Of a stretch of 64,000 bases of DNA, positions 37,081-49,924 are shown piece by piece. The notes below the pieces were generated by a model that worked only from the letters and a program-made list of their open reading frames with translations, had not been told where the DNA came from and ran no database searches. A program made the position numbers and the translations under genes. Within the stretch, counting starts at the first letter, position 1. Each line of letters opens with the position of its first letter. This DNA is from Octopus bimaculoides (taxonomy: Eukaryota). Location: contig NC_068996.1 in assembly GCF_001194135.2 (NCBI RefSeq), positions 25,711,642 to 25,775,641 on the forward strand, read 5' to 3'.

Positions 37081-37582
37081 TATATATANNNNNNNNNNNN
37101 NNNNNNNNNNNNNNNNNNNNNNNNNNNNNNNNNNNNNNNNNNNNNNNNNNNNNNNNNNNNNNNNNNNNNNNNNNNNNNNNNNNNNNNNNNNNNNNNNNNN
37201 NNNNNNNNNNNNNNNNNNNNNNNNNNNNNNNNNNNNNNNNNNNNNNNNNNNNNNNNNNNNNNNNNNNNNNNNNNNNNNNNNNNNNNNNNNNNNNNNNNNN
37301 NNNNNNNNNNNNNNNNNNNNNNNNNNNNNNNNNNNNNNNNNNNNNNNNNNNNNNNNNNNNNNNNNNNNNNNNNNNNNNNNNNNNNNNNNNNNNNNNNNNN
37401 NNNNNNNNNNNNNNNNNNNNNNNNNNNNNNNNNNNNNNNNNNNNNNNNNNNNNNNNNNNNNNNNNNNNNNNNNNNNNNNNNNNNNNNNNNNNNNNNNNNN
37501 NNNNNNNNNNNNNNNNNNNNNNNNNNNNNNNNNNNNNNNNNNNNNNNNNNNNNNNNNNNTCTCTCTCTCCCTCTCCCTCTCC

Positions 37583-37649
<67 letters not shown>

Positions 37650-37739
37650 ACCAAAGTCTTAGTAAGTAGGAAGGCAAACAAATCAGATGCCTGCAAGTAG
37701 ATGGCGCTGCTCAAGCTGTAGAAAAGGCATAGGTAGAAC

Positions 37740-38698
37740 TCTATAAGATGTACCTGATGTAAGTTAGGGTCACATAAGAGGTGCAGTAATATCAGAGAAA
37801 GGCTAACAGGGAAACTAGCTTTCCCATGTGCAGAAAATAGACTCCATCAATTGTCAGTGAGGTAAGCTAGAGGTAGTAGATAGCTTCTGTTATCTAAGTG
37901 ACCAAGTTATTTGTGGAGATGATGCTCCAAGAGCATAGTTGTGAGAATAAGATTAGGCTGGGAAAAGTTCAGAGAGCTCCTACCTCTGCTGGCAGCTAAG
38001 GGCCTCTCTCTCAGAGTGAAAGGTAGATTATATGATGCTTGTGTGCAAACAGCCATGCTACATGTCAGTAAAACATGGTAGACCCAGTAAGACATGGGAT
38101 GAAGTGGTGAAGCATGATCTTTGAACTTTGAGCCTCACAGAGGCAATGACTAGTAACCAAGACCTTTGGCAATATGCTGTGCTTGAGAGGACCCATCAAG
38201 CCAAGTGAAATCATAGTCATGGCTGATGTCGGTGTCACATAACTGGCACCCATGCCAGTGGTACGTAAAAAGCACAGTTCGAACATTGGGCCTCATGGAA
38301 GCAAAGTGACTGGGTTCCTTTGAAGCATTGGGCCTCACAGAGGTAAGGTACCTGAATTCCTTTCGAGTGTTAGGCTTCACAGAAGCAAAGTGGCCAAGTT
38401 CCTCTCAAGTGTTGGGCCTCACAGGGGCAACAACTGAGTCCTTTGATATTACATCATGCTTGAGAAGACTCATCAAGCCAAGCAAAATCACAGTCATGGT
38501 AGACATTGGTGTCATGCAAATGGCACCCATGCCGGTGGCACGTAAAAGCGCCCATTACACTCTTGGGGTGGTTGTCGTTAGGAAAACCATGCCAAATCAG
38601 ACTGGAGCCTGGTGCAGCCTTCCAGTTTCCCAGCCCTGGTCAAACTGTCCAACCCATGCCAGCATGGACAATGAATGTTAAATGATGATGAGATTGAT
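37740..38698 (+). mobile_element. RTE-clade LINE, 5'-truncated 3' end
   Basis: KLEVVDSFCYL...IRLGWEKFRELLPLLAAKGLSLRVKGRLYDACVQTAMLHVSKTW then modular 3' UTR and ttaaatgatgatga tail. Confidence 0.85.
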
Positions 38699-39466
38699 AN
38701 NNNNNNNNNNNNNNNNNNNNNNNNNNNNNNNNNNNNNNNNNNNNNNNNNNNNNNNNNNNNNNNNNNNNNNNNNNNNNNNNNNNNNNNNNNNNNNNNNNNN
38801 NNNNNNNNNNNNNNNNNNNNNNNNNNNNNNNNNNNNNNNNNNNNNNNNNNNNNNNNNNNNNNNNNNNNNNNNNNNNNNNNNNNNNNNNNNNNNNNNNNNN
38901 NNNNNNNNNNNNNNNNNNNNNNNNNNNNNNNNNNNNNNNNNNNNNNNNNNNNNNNNNNNNNNNNNNNNNNNNNNNNNNNNNNNNNNNNNNNNNNNNNNNN
39001 NNNNNNNNNNNNNNNNNNNNNNNNNNNNNNNNNNNNNNNNNNNNNNNNNNNNNNNNNNNNNNNNNNNNNNNNNNNNNNNNNNNNNNNNNNNNNNNNNNNN
39101 NNNNNNNNNNNNNNNNNNNNNNNNNNNNNNNNNNNNNNNNNNNNNNNNNNNNNNNNNNNNNNNNNNNNNNNNNNNNNNNNNNNNNNNNNNNNNNNNNNNN
39201 NNNNNNNNNNNNNNNNNNNNNNNNNNNNNNNNNNNNNNNNNNNNNNNNNNNNNNNNNNNNNNNNNNNNNNNNNNNNNNNNNNNNNNNNNNNNNNNNNNNN
39301 NNNNNNNNNNNNNNNNNNNNNNNNNNNNNNNNNNNNNNNNNNNNNNNNNNNNNNNNNNNNNNNNNNNNNNNNNNNNNNNNNNNNNNNNNNNNNNNNNNNN
39401 NNNNNNNNNNNNNNNNNNNNNNNNNNNNNNNNNNNNNNNNNNNNNNNNNNNNNNNNNNNNNNNNNN

Positions 39467-39508
<42 letters not shown>

Positions 39509-41424
39509 TTTTTCTGCTATAAATTACATATCAATATATTTCAGTGCAGGTCAGGTGTTTATTGAACCAACCATGTATAAGCTAGTTATTTAATAGTTTC
39601 ATAAATATCCCATAATGATATGTATTTTTGCATTTGCAGACTCAGAAAGTATTTGTTTTTTTAGATATTGATTATATATATTAACCAAGTAAATAAATAA
39701 AATAATAACAGTACTATTAGTGTATTTGCTCAAGCATTTAAGCATTCAGATATCATTTATGTATGACATGAAGGTTGCTTGTTATACATTGAAGTTAGTT
39801 GTAAAATACTAGGCATGTATATGTAAGTGTGTATATGCACATACAGTGAAAGCCTTTAAAAATAATAGAAAAAACAGTATACACACATTTCGTATTTTTC
39901 TTTTCTTTTTTCTTAATCTGCAACTCTAGGACTTATGAACAAAAGGCTTGTATATTTGCCTATTTCCTTGGTTTCAGTTTTGTTTCTCATTTCATTTGTT
40001 AGAGCTGGTTTCTGCAGTTTGCTGGATTTCTTAGTTTTATCCATTTATTATTTAATTTCAGATGTTTCTTTGTAGACTGTTTTGTTGTTGTTTTGTTAAA
40101 TTTTTATTTGTATTTATTATCTAGTTCTTTTGATCTTTTGTTGCTGGTGAAAAAAAAGTGTCCTTATCATTTGTCTTTGTCTTGAGAAATACTAATTATT
40201 TAAAAATAAGTTACATTACTGAAGACATTCACAATAAACCATTTTTTAATATCTTTGTTTACACCACTTAAAAAAAAAAAAAAGCTATTGAAATTTTTTC
40301 CCCTCTTCTATCATGAGTTTATCATAGGTTTTCCAATTTTAGTGACACCAGTTTCCTCATTTATTGGTGGCTACAATTTACTAGTGATTACAGTATGCTT
40401 GTGGTATCTGCAGTGCTTAGTTGTCACTATTACTTTCACTGATTCCAATAGCAGCAGGATGAGAAAATTAGGATACTGATTAATTTTTGTTGTAATATCT
40501 GTCAAAAATAATGGGATTTATTTCGGCCCACTTTTAGAAATTCATGTTTTTGCTTCAAACTTTTTCTTTGTTCAGCCTTGACATCTTTATCCTTTGTACC
40601 TCCATTCACTCCCCATCATTATTTTAATTGATTCACACATATAGTTCACATTGTTTTGTTTTTCTCTCTCTTGCCTCACATTACCTATTTCTTCCTCTTT
40701 ATTGTTGTGCTGTACATCTCTTCTTCTTTTGTCACATTTAACACTGTCTCTTCTCTCACTCCATCATCCCACTATATTTTACTCTTTTCACTTGACATCC
40801 TTTCTCACAAGCTGTTGACTGACTTGCACTCCCACCTACCTTATTTATCTAGCTATCACTCTTTATAATGCTTTCTTTCCCAATTTTCCTACTGTTGTCT
40901 TCTTTGTAATTCTTTCATATTTCTGTTGAAATTACATTGCCTTCGTTTCAATTCATTTTGGAAATAATGAATTTGGTAAACTTTGTTATCATTAAGCTGG
41001 TATTTGGAACATAAACGTTCACTATAAATTGGAACTTTTATAGAAGTAGACAGCAGTTTCAAATAGATTGGCATAAAAAAATTAAGATTATTATCTAGGA
41101 TTGTCACATCCATAAAAGTAATATTATCTTAGTTGATTGTGTCAGTAGATACATTCAACTCCACAAATCAGTTTGAGAAAAAAACCATACCATGTATGAC
41201 TAATGATGGGTGAATACCTGGGTATACCAGCTTCATGTAAACCTAACTGTAATATGGGTGCTAACATAGCTGGCATAGTGAGCAAAAAACATTTATTTTA
41301 ATGAGTAATTCTGGAATTAAAATTGATTAAAAATAAAATGTAATGGAGAGTAAGTATTTGTTATGAGGAAACTCTGGTCAAGTTTTGGTTTTTGCAAGAC
41401 ACACACATATAAGCATGCATGCAC

Positions 41425-41466
<42 letters not shown>

Positions 41467-41503
41467 TGCATCAGCATGGCCGCAGCTCTAAGCTGAAACT
41501 TTA

Positions 41504-41546
<43 letters not shown>

Positions 41547-41564
41547 GTGTGTGTGTGTGTGTGT

Positions 41565-41718
41565 GACAGGTTTCATTCAGTTCTATCTACCAGATCTACT
41601 CACAAAGCTTTGGTCGGCCTGAGGCTATAGTAGAAGACACTTGCCCAAGGTACCACACAGAGGGAATGAATCTGGAACCATGTAGTTGGGAAGCAAGCTT
41701 CTTACCACATAGCCACTT
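41565..41718 (-). mobile_element. CORE-type SINE 5' half
   Basis: reverse complement of gtggctatgtggtaagaagcttgcttcc...gtggtaccttgggcaagtgtcttctactatagcctcaggccgaccaaagc. Confidence 0.8.
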
Positions 41719-43551
41719 CATTATTGTACAGACAGATGAAGTATTTTGCATTCTTATTTCTGAAAAACATTAGAGAGAAAATTATTGCTTAATGTGATAG
41801 AGTAGCATCTTAAATAAATTTTGCTTAAAAATATGATTAAGCATACTTCTCTTGCGTCATGTACTGCAGGGGTGTCACAAGATTCTCATCTGCACTCAGT
41901 TTCCTTAGTGATCAGTCTGTGTTATTCTTTCAAAGGCTTTCTCCAGGTTAATGAATTTTAAGTTCAATGGCTTGCTCGTTAGTAATAATATCTCCTGTAT
42001 ATATTTTATTAATATGGCACTGGCAGTTCCTTACTTTGGCACAAATCCAAACTGCATATCATCCAAGTTAATTCTTTCCCAACTAGCTGCTCTATAAACC
42101 CGTCTACAGTCCCATAGCTTTGTTTAGTGAATTGATGCCTCTGCACTTGCCCCTTTCTAGAACATCTCTTTTCTCATTGTATATTTTAATTTAGTTGGCT
42201 CTACATGAGTAAATCTATAGTATAAAGGTAAATGATTATTAACTGATTAAGACAAATGTATACAATCCTGTTTTATCTTTGAAGTAAAGTTGGTTTGGTC
42301 ATCATTGTATGACCTTTCTATCTGTATTTATATACTGTATTATGGTTTAGCAGTTGTAGTTACAAGCAATTTTGAAAATATAGCTTTACTTTCTACTTTG
42401 AGCAGGTTTAGAAATTAGTGCTTTTCATAAAGTTTTTGCATTTTGCTTTTGTTTTATTCTCTGATTTCTATTTGACGAGATTTTTTCAGTAAAATACCAA
42501 GTGGATATAAATTTAATAATTTATAAGAAAGGTAATTGATTCCACATTGCTGAAGAAAGTATGTGTTGATTTTTATAAACTATAATAATAAACTAAAACA
42601 TTCAAAATTGTTTCAATAAACACAAAAGGCAGAATATCATCAATAAATATGGTGTGACATTGGAAACAGTAATTTTCATTATTTAAATCCACGTTAAGTA
42701 GCAATGATTAAAATATAACTGTGTACAAGTGTATTTAGCATGCTTGTGTACATTCAAATGTGGAAAAAAACTTTACTGAGATAATTGTCTTGGAGAAGGA
42801 ATTCTCCTTTATAGACAACATATATACAAACACAAGCTGGCCTATGAATGATGTTATAAGGACTTTAGTTTCTCTGTCATTATGCTTCATCAACTTCAGA
42901 CACTGAATCTGTTGTTCCTAGCTCACTAAGAATGACTTTTCCTTTATATTATATGTAAAGGGCAAATAATAAATTTGCTGGTGCGTGCACAACTTTAAGC
43001 TGGAATATATTAAAAGTACAATAATCAGTGATGACTAAAATAGTGGAAAGATTCAGCGCCAGTGGCTGATGAAGCACAAGGACTGCAGAAACTCATATTT
43101 GGAAGCCCTATGATGTCATTTGTAACCCAGTTTGGGGTGTTTTCATACACGTGTTCCTGTAAGGAGAATTTGAAACAGTTTCTGTTGGGAAGATTTTTCT
43201 ACATTTGAGTGTATATGAATGTGTTAAATATAAATGACTTTTAATTAATTCAAGTGAGGCAAAGCTTTGTTTAGGCCAGCAAATTTATTATTTGCAGTTT
43301 ACATATAAGAACAGTAGTTCTTAGTGGGGTATAAATAACTGAATCAGTGTCCATAGCTGATAAAGCATAATGACACTGAAACATGTCCTAAAATCCAATG
43401 ACATCATTCATAGCCCAGTTTCATTTGTTTTTTGCACACATTATTGTTGTTATTCTGTTTCCAAACACTTCTTAATAGCTTTAAAGTTTCCTTCTTTCAT
43501 CGTTTTGGTAACTTGCAGTACTTTAAATATATATATATATATATATATATA

Positions 43552-44343
43552 CGGTCTGATCAATAAACATCTGGACTGTTGCCATAGTAACAAAGCCAAA
43601 GCACGCAAAGTAAGGCCGCTTGGCACAGATTGACCTTGAACTCTGGTGTGCACGCATACTGTTTTAACATTCTAGTTCACTTCCACTGTTTATAGCAGTG
43701 CTTGGGAGGAAGGTGTGTAATGTGTGATCATCGCATTGATCATGACAGAGAATCTGCACCAAATTTGACCAAAAACTTGGTGATACTTGCTCAGAGGCCT
43801 ATGCAAAGTTTTCAAAAAGTTTTCATCATTCTAGAACAGCTGAAAGCAGCTTTGGCACAAACTTGGCAGACATGCATCTCATACCCAAATCTTCAGTGAT
43901 AATGGATTGAACTGAACCATAACTAATCTGCACATCCTCTGATAACTCATGGATGGTGATTCAACGATTTCCCCTCCCAGCTGCATGTATATCTGTGATG
44001 TTTTTCTCTGTTCAACTGGTTATGGGTCTCCCAGAACGTTTGTCATATCAACATTTTTTGCATGCGACTCGTACATCGCTCTCTATACACTTTCTGCAAC
44101 ATTGAGTAGGCCCCTGAGCAGGTATTGCTGTGACAACTTTCTCTGTCATGGTCAATGCGACGATCACACACTACACACCTTCCTTCCAAGCACTGCTGTA
44201 AGCAACAGAAGCGTGGTAGAATGTTAAAACTTAATGCACATGCACAGCAGAGTTCAAGGTCAATGTTTGCGAAGCAACTTCACTCTGCATGCTTTAGCTT
44301 CGTCACTATGGCAACAGTCTGGATACTTATTGATCAGACATCG
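43552..44343. mobile_element. mariner-derived non-autonomous element composed of two inverted 5' ends
   Basis: TA|CGGTCTGATCAATAAACATCTGGACTGTTGCCATAG... inverted at ...CTATGGCAACAGTCTGGATACTTATTGATCAGACATCG; mariner N-terminal peptide on both strands. Confidence 0.8.
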
Positions 44344-44357
44344 TGTGTGTATGTGTG

Positions 44358-44409
<52 letters not shown>

Positions 44410-44633
44410 CACACATATATTTACTAATTTTCATTCTTGGTATTTATTATTCTTTATGGACTAAATATTTTGTTTTTTTTCTTTATTAACTATTTGTAAA
44501 TTATTGCTTCTCTTGTTCAGGACACAACTGAAATACTGTCCTACCTGGTGCTCTAATTCTTTCTTTATTCGCTGTTTATTAACAGTTTTATAATTTAACT
44601 TATACGTTATATATATATATATGTATGTATATT

Positions 44634-44856
44634 TTTGAAGAAAAGCAACAAAAATGTATTAGGCTATAGCAGTACGTACGTTTCGCACAAACTTCATTTA
44701 TTTATGTAGTGAGAATACCACATAAGAAGTACAATGAAAATCTAGTACATTTTCATAGCACTTCTTATCTGGTGTTCTCACTACATAAATAAATGAAGTT
44801 TGTGCGAAACGTACGTACTGCTATAACCCAATACATTTTTGTTGCTTTTCTTCAAA
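44634..44856. repeat. 223-bp near-perfect palindrome (108-bp arms, 7-nt loop), probable MITE
   Basis: arms 44634-44741 and 44749-44856 differ at 6 of 108 positions by manual alignment. Confidence 0.9.
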
Positions 44857-46936
44857 TTTTATTCACCAAATCTCTTGATTAAATCTATATTATTATATAT
44901 GTATGTATATGTATGTATATATGTATATATATATATATATATANNNNNNNNNNNNNNNNNNNNNNNNNNNNNNNNNNNNNNNNNNNNNNNNNNNNNNNNN
45001 NNNNNNNNNNNNNNNNNNNNNNNNNNNNNNNNNNNNNNNNNNNATATGTATATATATATGTATATGTATGTATATATGTATATGTATGTATATCCCTTAT
45101 TTGGAAATACAGATAAGGGTTGCTGAAACTTAAATTCATGAGGAAGGGCACTACAATTATCAAAGAGTGAAAAATAATTTCTGATGTGGTTAAGCCTTTA
45201 AACAAAATATATTCAACTGTAGACTCAAATTTGTGAGTGAATGAATTGCAGTAAAGGTTTATTACATCCATGTATTCTTTCAGGCCTTAGAAGAGAGAAA
45301 CCGTCGCTCATTCTTTATTATATGTCAAACCATGTGCTTCATCAAAACCTGTCAATATTTTTGTCAGCAAAATATTTCCATTAAAATGCTGGTTTCATTG
45401 GCATTGTATATTTGGTCAGCTTTCCTCAACAAGTTTATTAAATCTGGTCAACCAACCATCAAAGAAAACAATGGAAGACTTCAAATACATATACTCTTGA
45501 CATTTTAGCTTTGGCTAAAATCATAGATGTAGCCATAACCTCCAGTTGTCATCATTTAATGTCTGCTTTTCATGCAGGCATGAGTTGAATGGTTTAATGT
45601 CAACTTTGGCATGATTTCTATGGACAGATGCCCTTCCTGATATCAACCACTTCAGTCTGTACTGGGTGCTTTTCGTATGCCGCCAGCACAAGTGGGTCAC
45701 CAAGTAACTTGCAAGTCAGACAAAGGAAAGCAAAAAGCCCTCTTGACTAAATGGTAGTGGTGGTAGGGTATTTGAGAGTTGGGAGGTAACCACCCATGCA
45801 ATATTTTATCCAAATCTTTATATTTCACTTATTATGCAGGCATTCCCTATTATTTCACTGTTCAGCTTGAAATATTCATTGATTCTTTTTGTTCAATTTG
45901 GGGGGGGGGGGGTCCTTTTCTGTGCTACATATATTAAGTGAATATATATTGTTGAGGCCATTGTTTTACAGCACAGTAGCCTTCCTGTTGCTAATCCTTA
46001 CCTGCTTTTCAAGTAAGGGATCTCTTATTTCACATAACTTTGGAAGTACAAAAACCAGCAGGCGATTGATTTGTCAACAAACTTCATTGCTTGTAGCTCA
46101 AGTTCTCTTGCAAAGCACACAGGTTATAAACACTCACTGAGACGCAACATGCATGCATGTGCATGCACACATGGCAGTGAATTTGGTAGTTAGAAACTTA
46201 GTAGACCTAAGGCAGCATTAGTCAGTCTGGAGTTATAGTAGAAAACACTTGCTCAAGATGCCACCAACTTCTGAACCACACCAACATGCTTGAATCATGC
46301 TTTAAAATTGAAAAACTTGTGTTTTGAATTCTTGAATTATGTTTACCAGTGTCAATTTGATATTCTGTCATAAGCAGATTTCTGCTTTCACCTCATCCCA
46401 TTTTCTTTAATGACCCCTGATACATCACCAAATTTTAATGTTTTTCTATTTTTGTTTCTCCTTTGTAACTAATGACATTGCAATGTCAAATAAATAAAAT
46501 GTATTAAAACAGCATCAACATTACAAATTGTGGAAGTAGATGTACACAATTTGTGTATTGCTAGTTGTTTTCTTCACTGTACAATTTTCAAAGTGATGTT
46601 TACTTGGGTTTTCTGTTATTCTGGATGCCATTATTTAGCAAGCCCAGTCTTCTGTTTTGGGCCATCATGTTGAAAAATCTTTGTGCAGTGAGATAACTAA
46701 ATTAGGTTTTAGATTTATATTTTATTACTAGAATATCAAAATCATTTTAGAAACTATTATCAAAGCGAGTTTTTCTTTTAAGAAATTAGGAAACTAAACA
46801 TTTTTTTGCAAAAAGACATTCATGTATGTTGAAATCAGTGAAAACAAGAAAAGAAAAAAAAACTATAAAAGTTATTGTATTTTAAATATGTTTGGTGTAT
46901 GTTATGTGTTACAATAACAATTTATTTCTTTTTTAG

Positions 46937-47083
46937 CTACAAAAAAGAAAAGGTAAAGAAAAACCGCTTCTACGAAGAAAATCAGAATTACCACACGATA
47001 TGACAACATTAAAAGCTTTGGAAACTCACAAGCGACCTGAAGAATTTCTGTGTTCAGCAACTGAGCAACAAGCTGCTAATTGA
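46937..47083 (+). CDS. PPP2R5C/D: PP2A B56 terminal coding exon
   Basis: cttttttAG acceptor; [48 protein letters not shown]; contains the gamma/delta C-terminal motif [10 protein letters not shown]; TGA at 47081-47083. Confidence 0.95.
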   Translation, partial: LQKRKGKEKPLLRRKSELPHDMTTLKALETHKRPEEFLCSATEQQAAN

Positions 47084-47760
47084 CTGCTTACATCTGCATA
47101 TGGGAAGTAGTTCAAGGCTAGTTAGACAACGGTACTTCCTCTTGTCACATGTATTGTATATTGCTGATCTGTGTGGTGCATGCTTGTTACTTACTCGGTA
47201 CTTCACAAGTAAGTGGCTTAGCCAATACAGATTGCAGCTTAAGGGTAAAGTTGGGTTCAACATTACTTCTTAAGTCCTAAACATGAAAATTTAATTTATG
47301 AGTGTATTATTTTGAAGATGTCTGTCACACAGACAGGAATTGTTCAACAAGACACTTGTGCATGGTTTCAAATTGGCTAGTTTGACTGTTTTTTTTTTTT
47401 TTAACATGGTTAAAAAAAAAAATAAAAGATTTTTCCCTTCTCCACCCCTCTCATATAGCTCAGTGAAACATGTCTATTGGCCTTAATCTACCACATTTAT
47501 AACTTTAGAAGGCACAAGCTTAGTATTTTACTTTTGGGTTTCCTCCAAAAAGTTCAGAAAAAAGAAAAAAAAAAGAAAAAGGTAAAAAAAAATCATAAAA
47601 AAGTTCAGATTTAGGAGTTTTTTCTTTACAAAGTTATTAATCATTCTTTTAAATTATTTTTCATTTTTTTTTTTTTTCATTTAAGATTTAGAATTTTAAT
47701 GTCATCTGTGGAAAATATTCTTTGAATAGATAAGGAATGTGTTTACATTAAAATAAAATT
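47084..47760 (+). other. probable 3' UTR of the B56 gene (end undetermined)
   Basis: follows the stop codon; U-rich and repeat-poor; AATAAA at 47421 and 47752; true poly(A) site cannot be fixed from sequence. Confidence 0.4.
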
Positions 47761-48875
47761 TAAATTTCCTTTAAAAGGAATTGATGAATATTGGGAAAAA
47801 AAAAGAAAAACATCATCAAAGCATTATGACACATTTTAACCATATGCTTTTCCTTATGTACATCTGAAGGTGAAATTGTTTTGGGTCTGTTAGAACTGCA
47901 TGTCTTATTAGTTAAAAATATATTTTCTGTACACACACATACACACATACGCATCAATAGTTTAGTTTATTATTATTATTATTATTGTTGTTATTATAAT
48001 TATTATTATGGTTCACCACAAACATGTGGGTTGGTTTAAAGCCCAAAAGATCCATTGGTGCTGCTAGAATTCAACCTGAACTTATACCTTGGATGCTTTT
48101 GTGTAATGTATAACCAGTTAGCCCATTTGTCCAAAGCATTTTACTTCCAAGAGTTCCTACTACCTTTCAACACCTCCCAGATTGGGGGGAAGAGTGCTTT
48201 TCTCTTACAAATTCAGGCTTCATACTGTTAGGTTATATACAATACATGTGACTGTGCCTATTTGCTACAATTGTTGTACACTGGACCAAATGTTGCCAAT
48301 AATCTGACCAAACTTCAGCAACTTCAAACAGTTAAAAAAATTTTTTTTTAAAATCTATTTCATCTCTCTAAATCCATTGCAAATCACAATGGTTGACAGC
48401 ACACCAATTGTGGAGTTATATTATTTCATTTGTAAGTTTAGCAGTTTTCTCTGCTGAGAAAATTTCCACTGCTGTTATTGAACTATTTCAGAATTAGTAA
48501 AATATCAGTTACAGTTTCATAGATTCCACATTTCAGTAATTTTGGTAACTGGTAACAGATTTCCTAATCCATAAACAAGACTGCATAATTCTGTATAGTT
48601 CTTTGTTTCTTTTGATGTGTGTGTGTGTGTGTGTATATACTCCCATACATACAGGTTTCTTTTTAATGTCACAAAGTAATTATTTCTCTGTTTATGGGAT
48701 ACTATTTTACCCTGATTGAAATAAATTTCTTTGTTAATATGACATACTGCCCATTATGGAGAAATAGCAAGCAAAATATATTGACTGATGTGTTTTAATA
48801 TATTCACTGTTGAGAGTTCTTAAAAGTGTTTATTATTGTAGTGTATTACTTTGTAATATTAAAGTATAGTTTAAG

Positions 48876-48877
<2 letters not shown>

Positions 48878-48929
<52 letters not shown>
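48878..48929. repeat. (TA)n microsatellite
   Basis: uninterrupted TA run. Confidence 0.9.
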
Positions 48930-48931
<2 letters not shown>

Positions 48932-49439
48932 GTATGTATCTGTATGTATCATCATAGATTGAATTAATCATTTTATTTTTAATTCATAGTATCCATACGA
49001 AATCATTTGAAATTCATGTAAAGGGTTTACTCATCTAGTAATTTTATTAGTTCACATATGTTAGTTTTATTAGCAGAAAGTTTGAGGTATAATCTCTTTC
49101 CAGTTAAAATGTTTATGAAGTTGAAGGAGAGTACCGTGAAGAATAAAAATGGAATAAGCTGTTGTTTTGTTTGAGTATATTTATTGAAATAAAGACTAAA
49201 TAGATAACAGAAATAAGTCCCATTATCAATTATCTGGTAAGATTTTAAAACTAAATGATAAGCACCAATATTTAAGTGAGAAACAGGCCCACTTAGTTCT
49301 TGCTTGGTAAATGGTCCAATCAGTTGGTTTGTTGATATTTTCAGGTTCTCTAACATAAGTGAAAGGAAGTTATCCTCAAACTGGAAACCAGCCTTGACTC
49401 TTGTGGCAGTAGACTCTGCTAAACGCACCCAAAGGCCAG

Positions 49440-49660
49440 GTGTTGGTGGTGTTAAACTTGGCAATGGATTAAATCAATCACCCATGAATGTTCCCTGAAG
49501 TGGGCTTTTGTACAGTTTCTGTCAACGAAATTCCACCCACAAGGTATTGGTTGATCTAAGGCTTTAGTAGAAAACACTTGCCCTAGGTGCTTGTGCAGTG
49601 GGTTTGAACCTGAATCCACTTTGCTGTGAAACAAACTTCTTAACTATTCAGCCATTGCTC
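49440..49660 (-). mobile_element. CORE-type SINE, decayed
   Basis: reverse complement of atggctgaatagttaagaagtttg...ggttcaaacccactgcacaagcacctagggcaagtgttttctactaaagcc. Confidence 0.65.
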
Positions 49661-49891
49661 TATGGAACCCATTTATTTGATCTAGTTAGATCTGGAAAGT
49701 TCTTGATAAACAATCTTTATTGTAGTATAATAGTAGAATTAACAAATATTACTTAGTTTATATTCTGGGATTTTTCTCAAATTAAAATAAAAGAAAAAAG
49801 TTTTCTTTGCTATTATTTGGGATATAAAATACCTGAGATACAAGTCATATGAAATTTATAAGAACTGGAATGCATGCAGTCAAATAATAAT

Positions 49892-49924
<33 letters not shown>

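Noticed and set aside
36932-39593. Long ORFs (200-300 aa) in the ORF track here and at 1923, 24981-25676, 26378, 44839
   Set aside because: They are open only because they run through N-gaps and microsatellites.
39640-39648. Possible 9-nt microexon ACTCAGAAA (tttgcAG...GTattt)
   Set aside because: Weak donor, no homology, and exons 31383-31523 and 46937 already join to match the homologue (EVHA-LQK vs EAHQ-AQK).
43066-43095. CTGATGA-A-GCA...TGC-A-GAAAC hammerhead-like string
   Set aside because: No stem I or III and no NUH site can be formed; no Penelope context.
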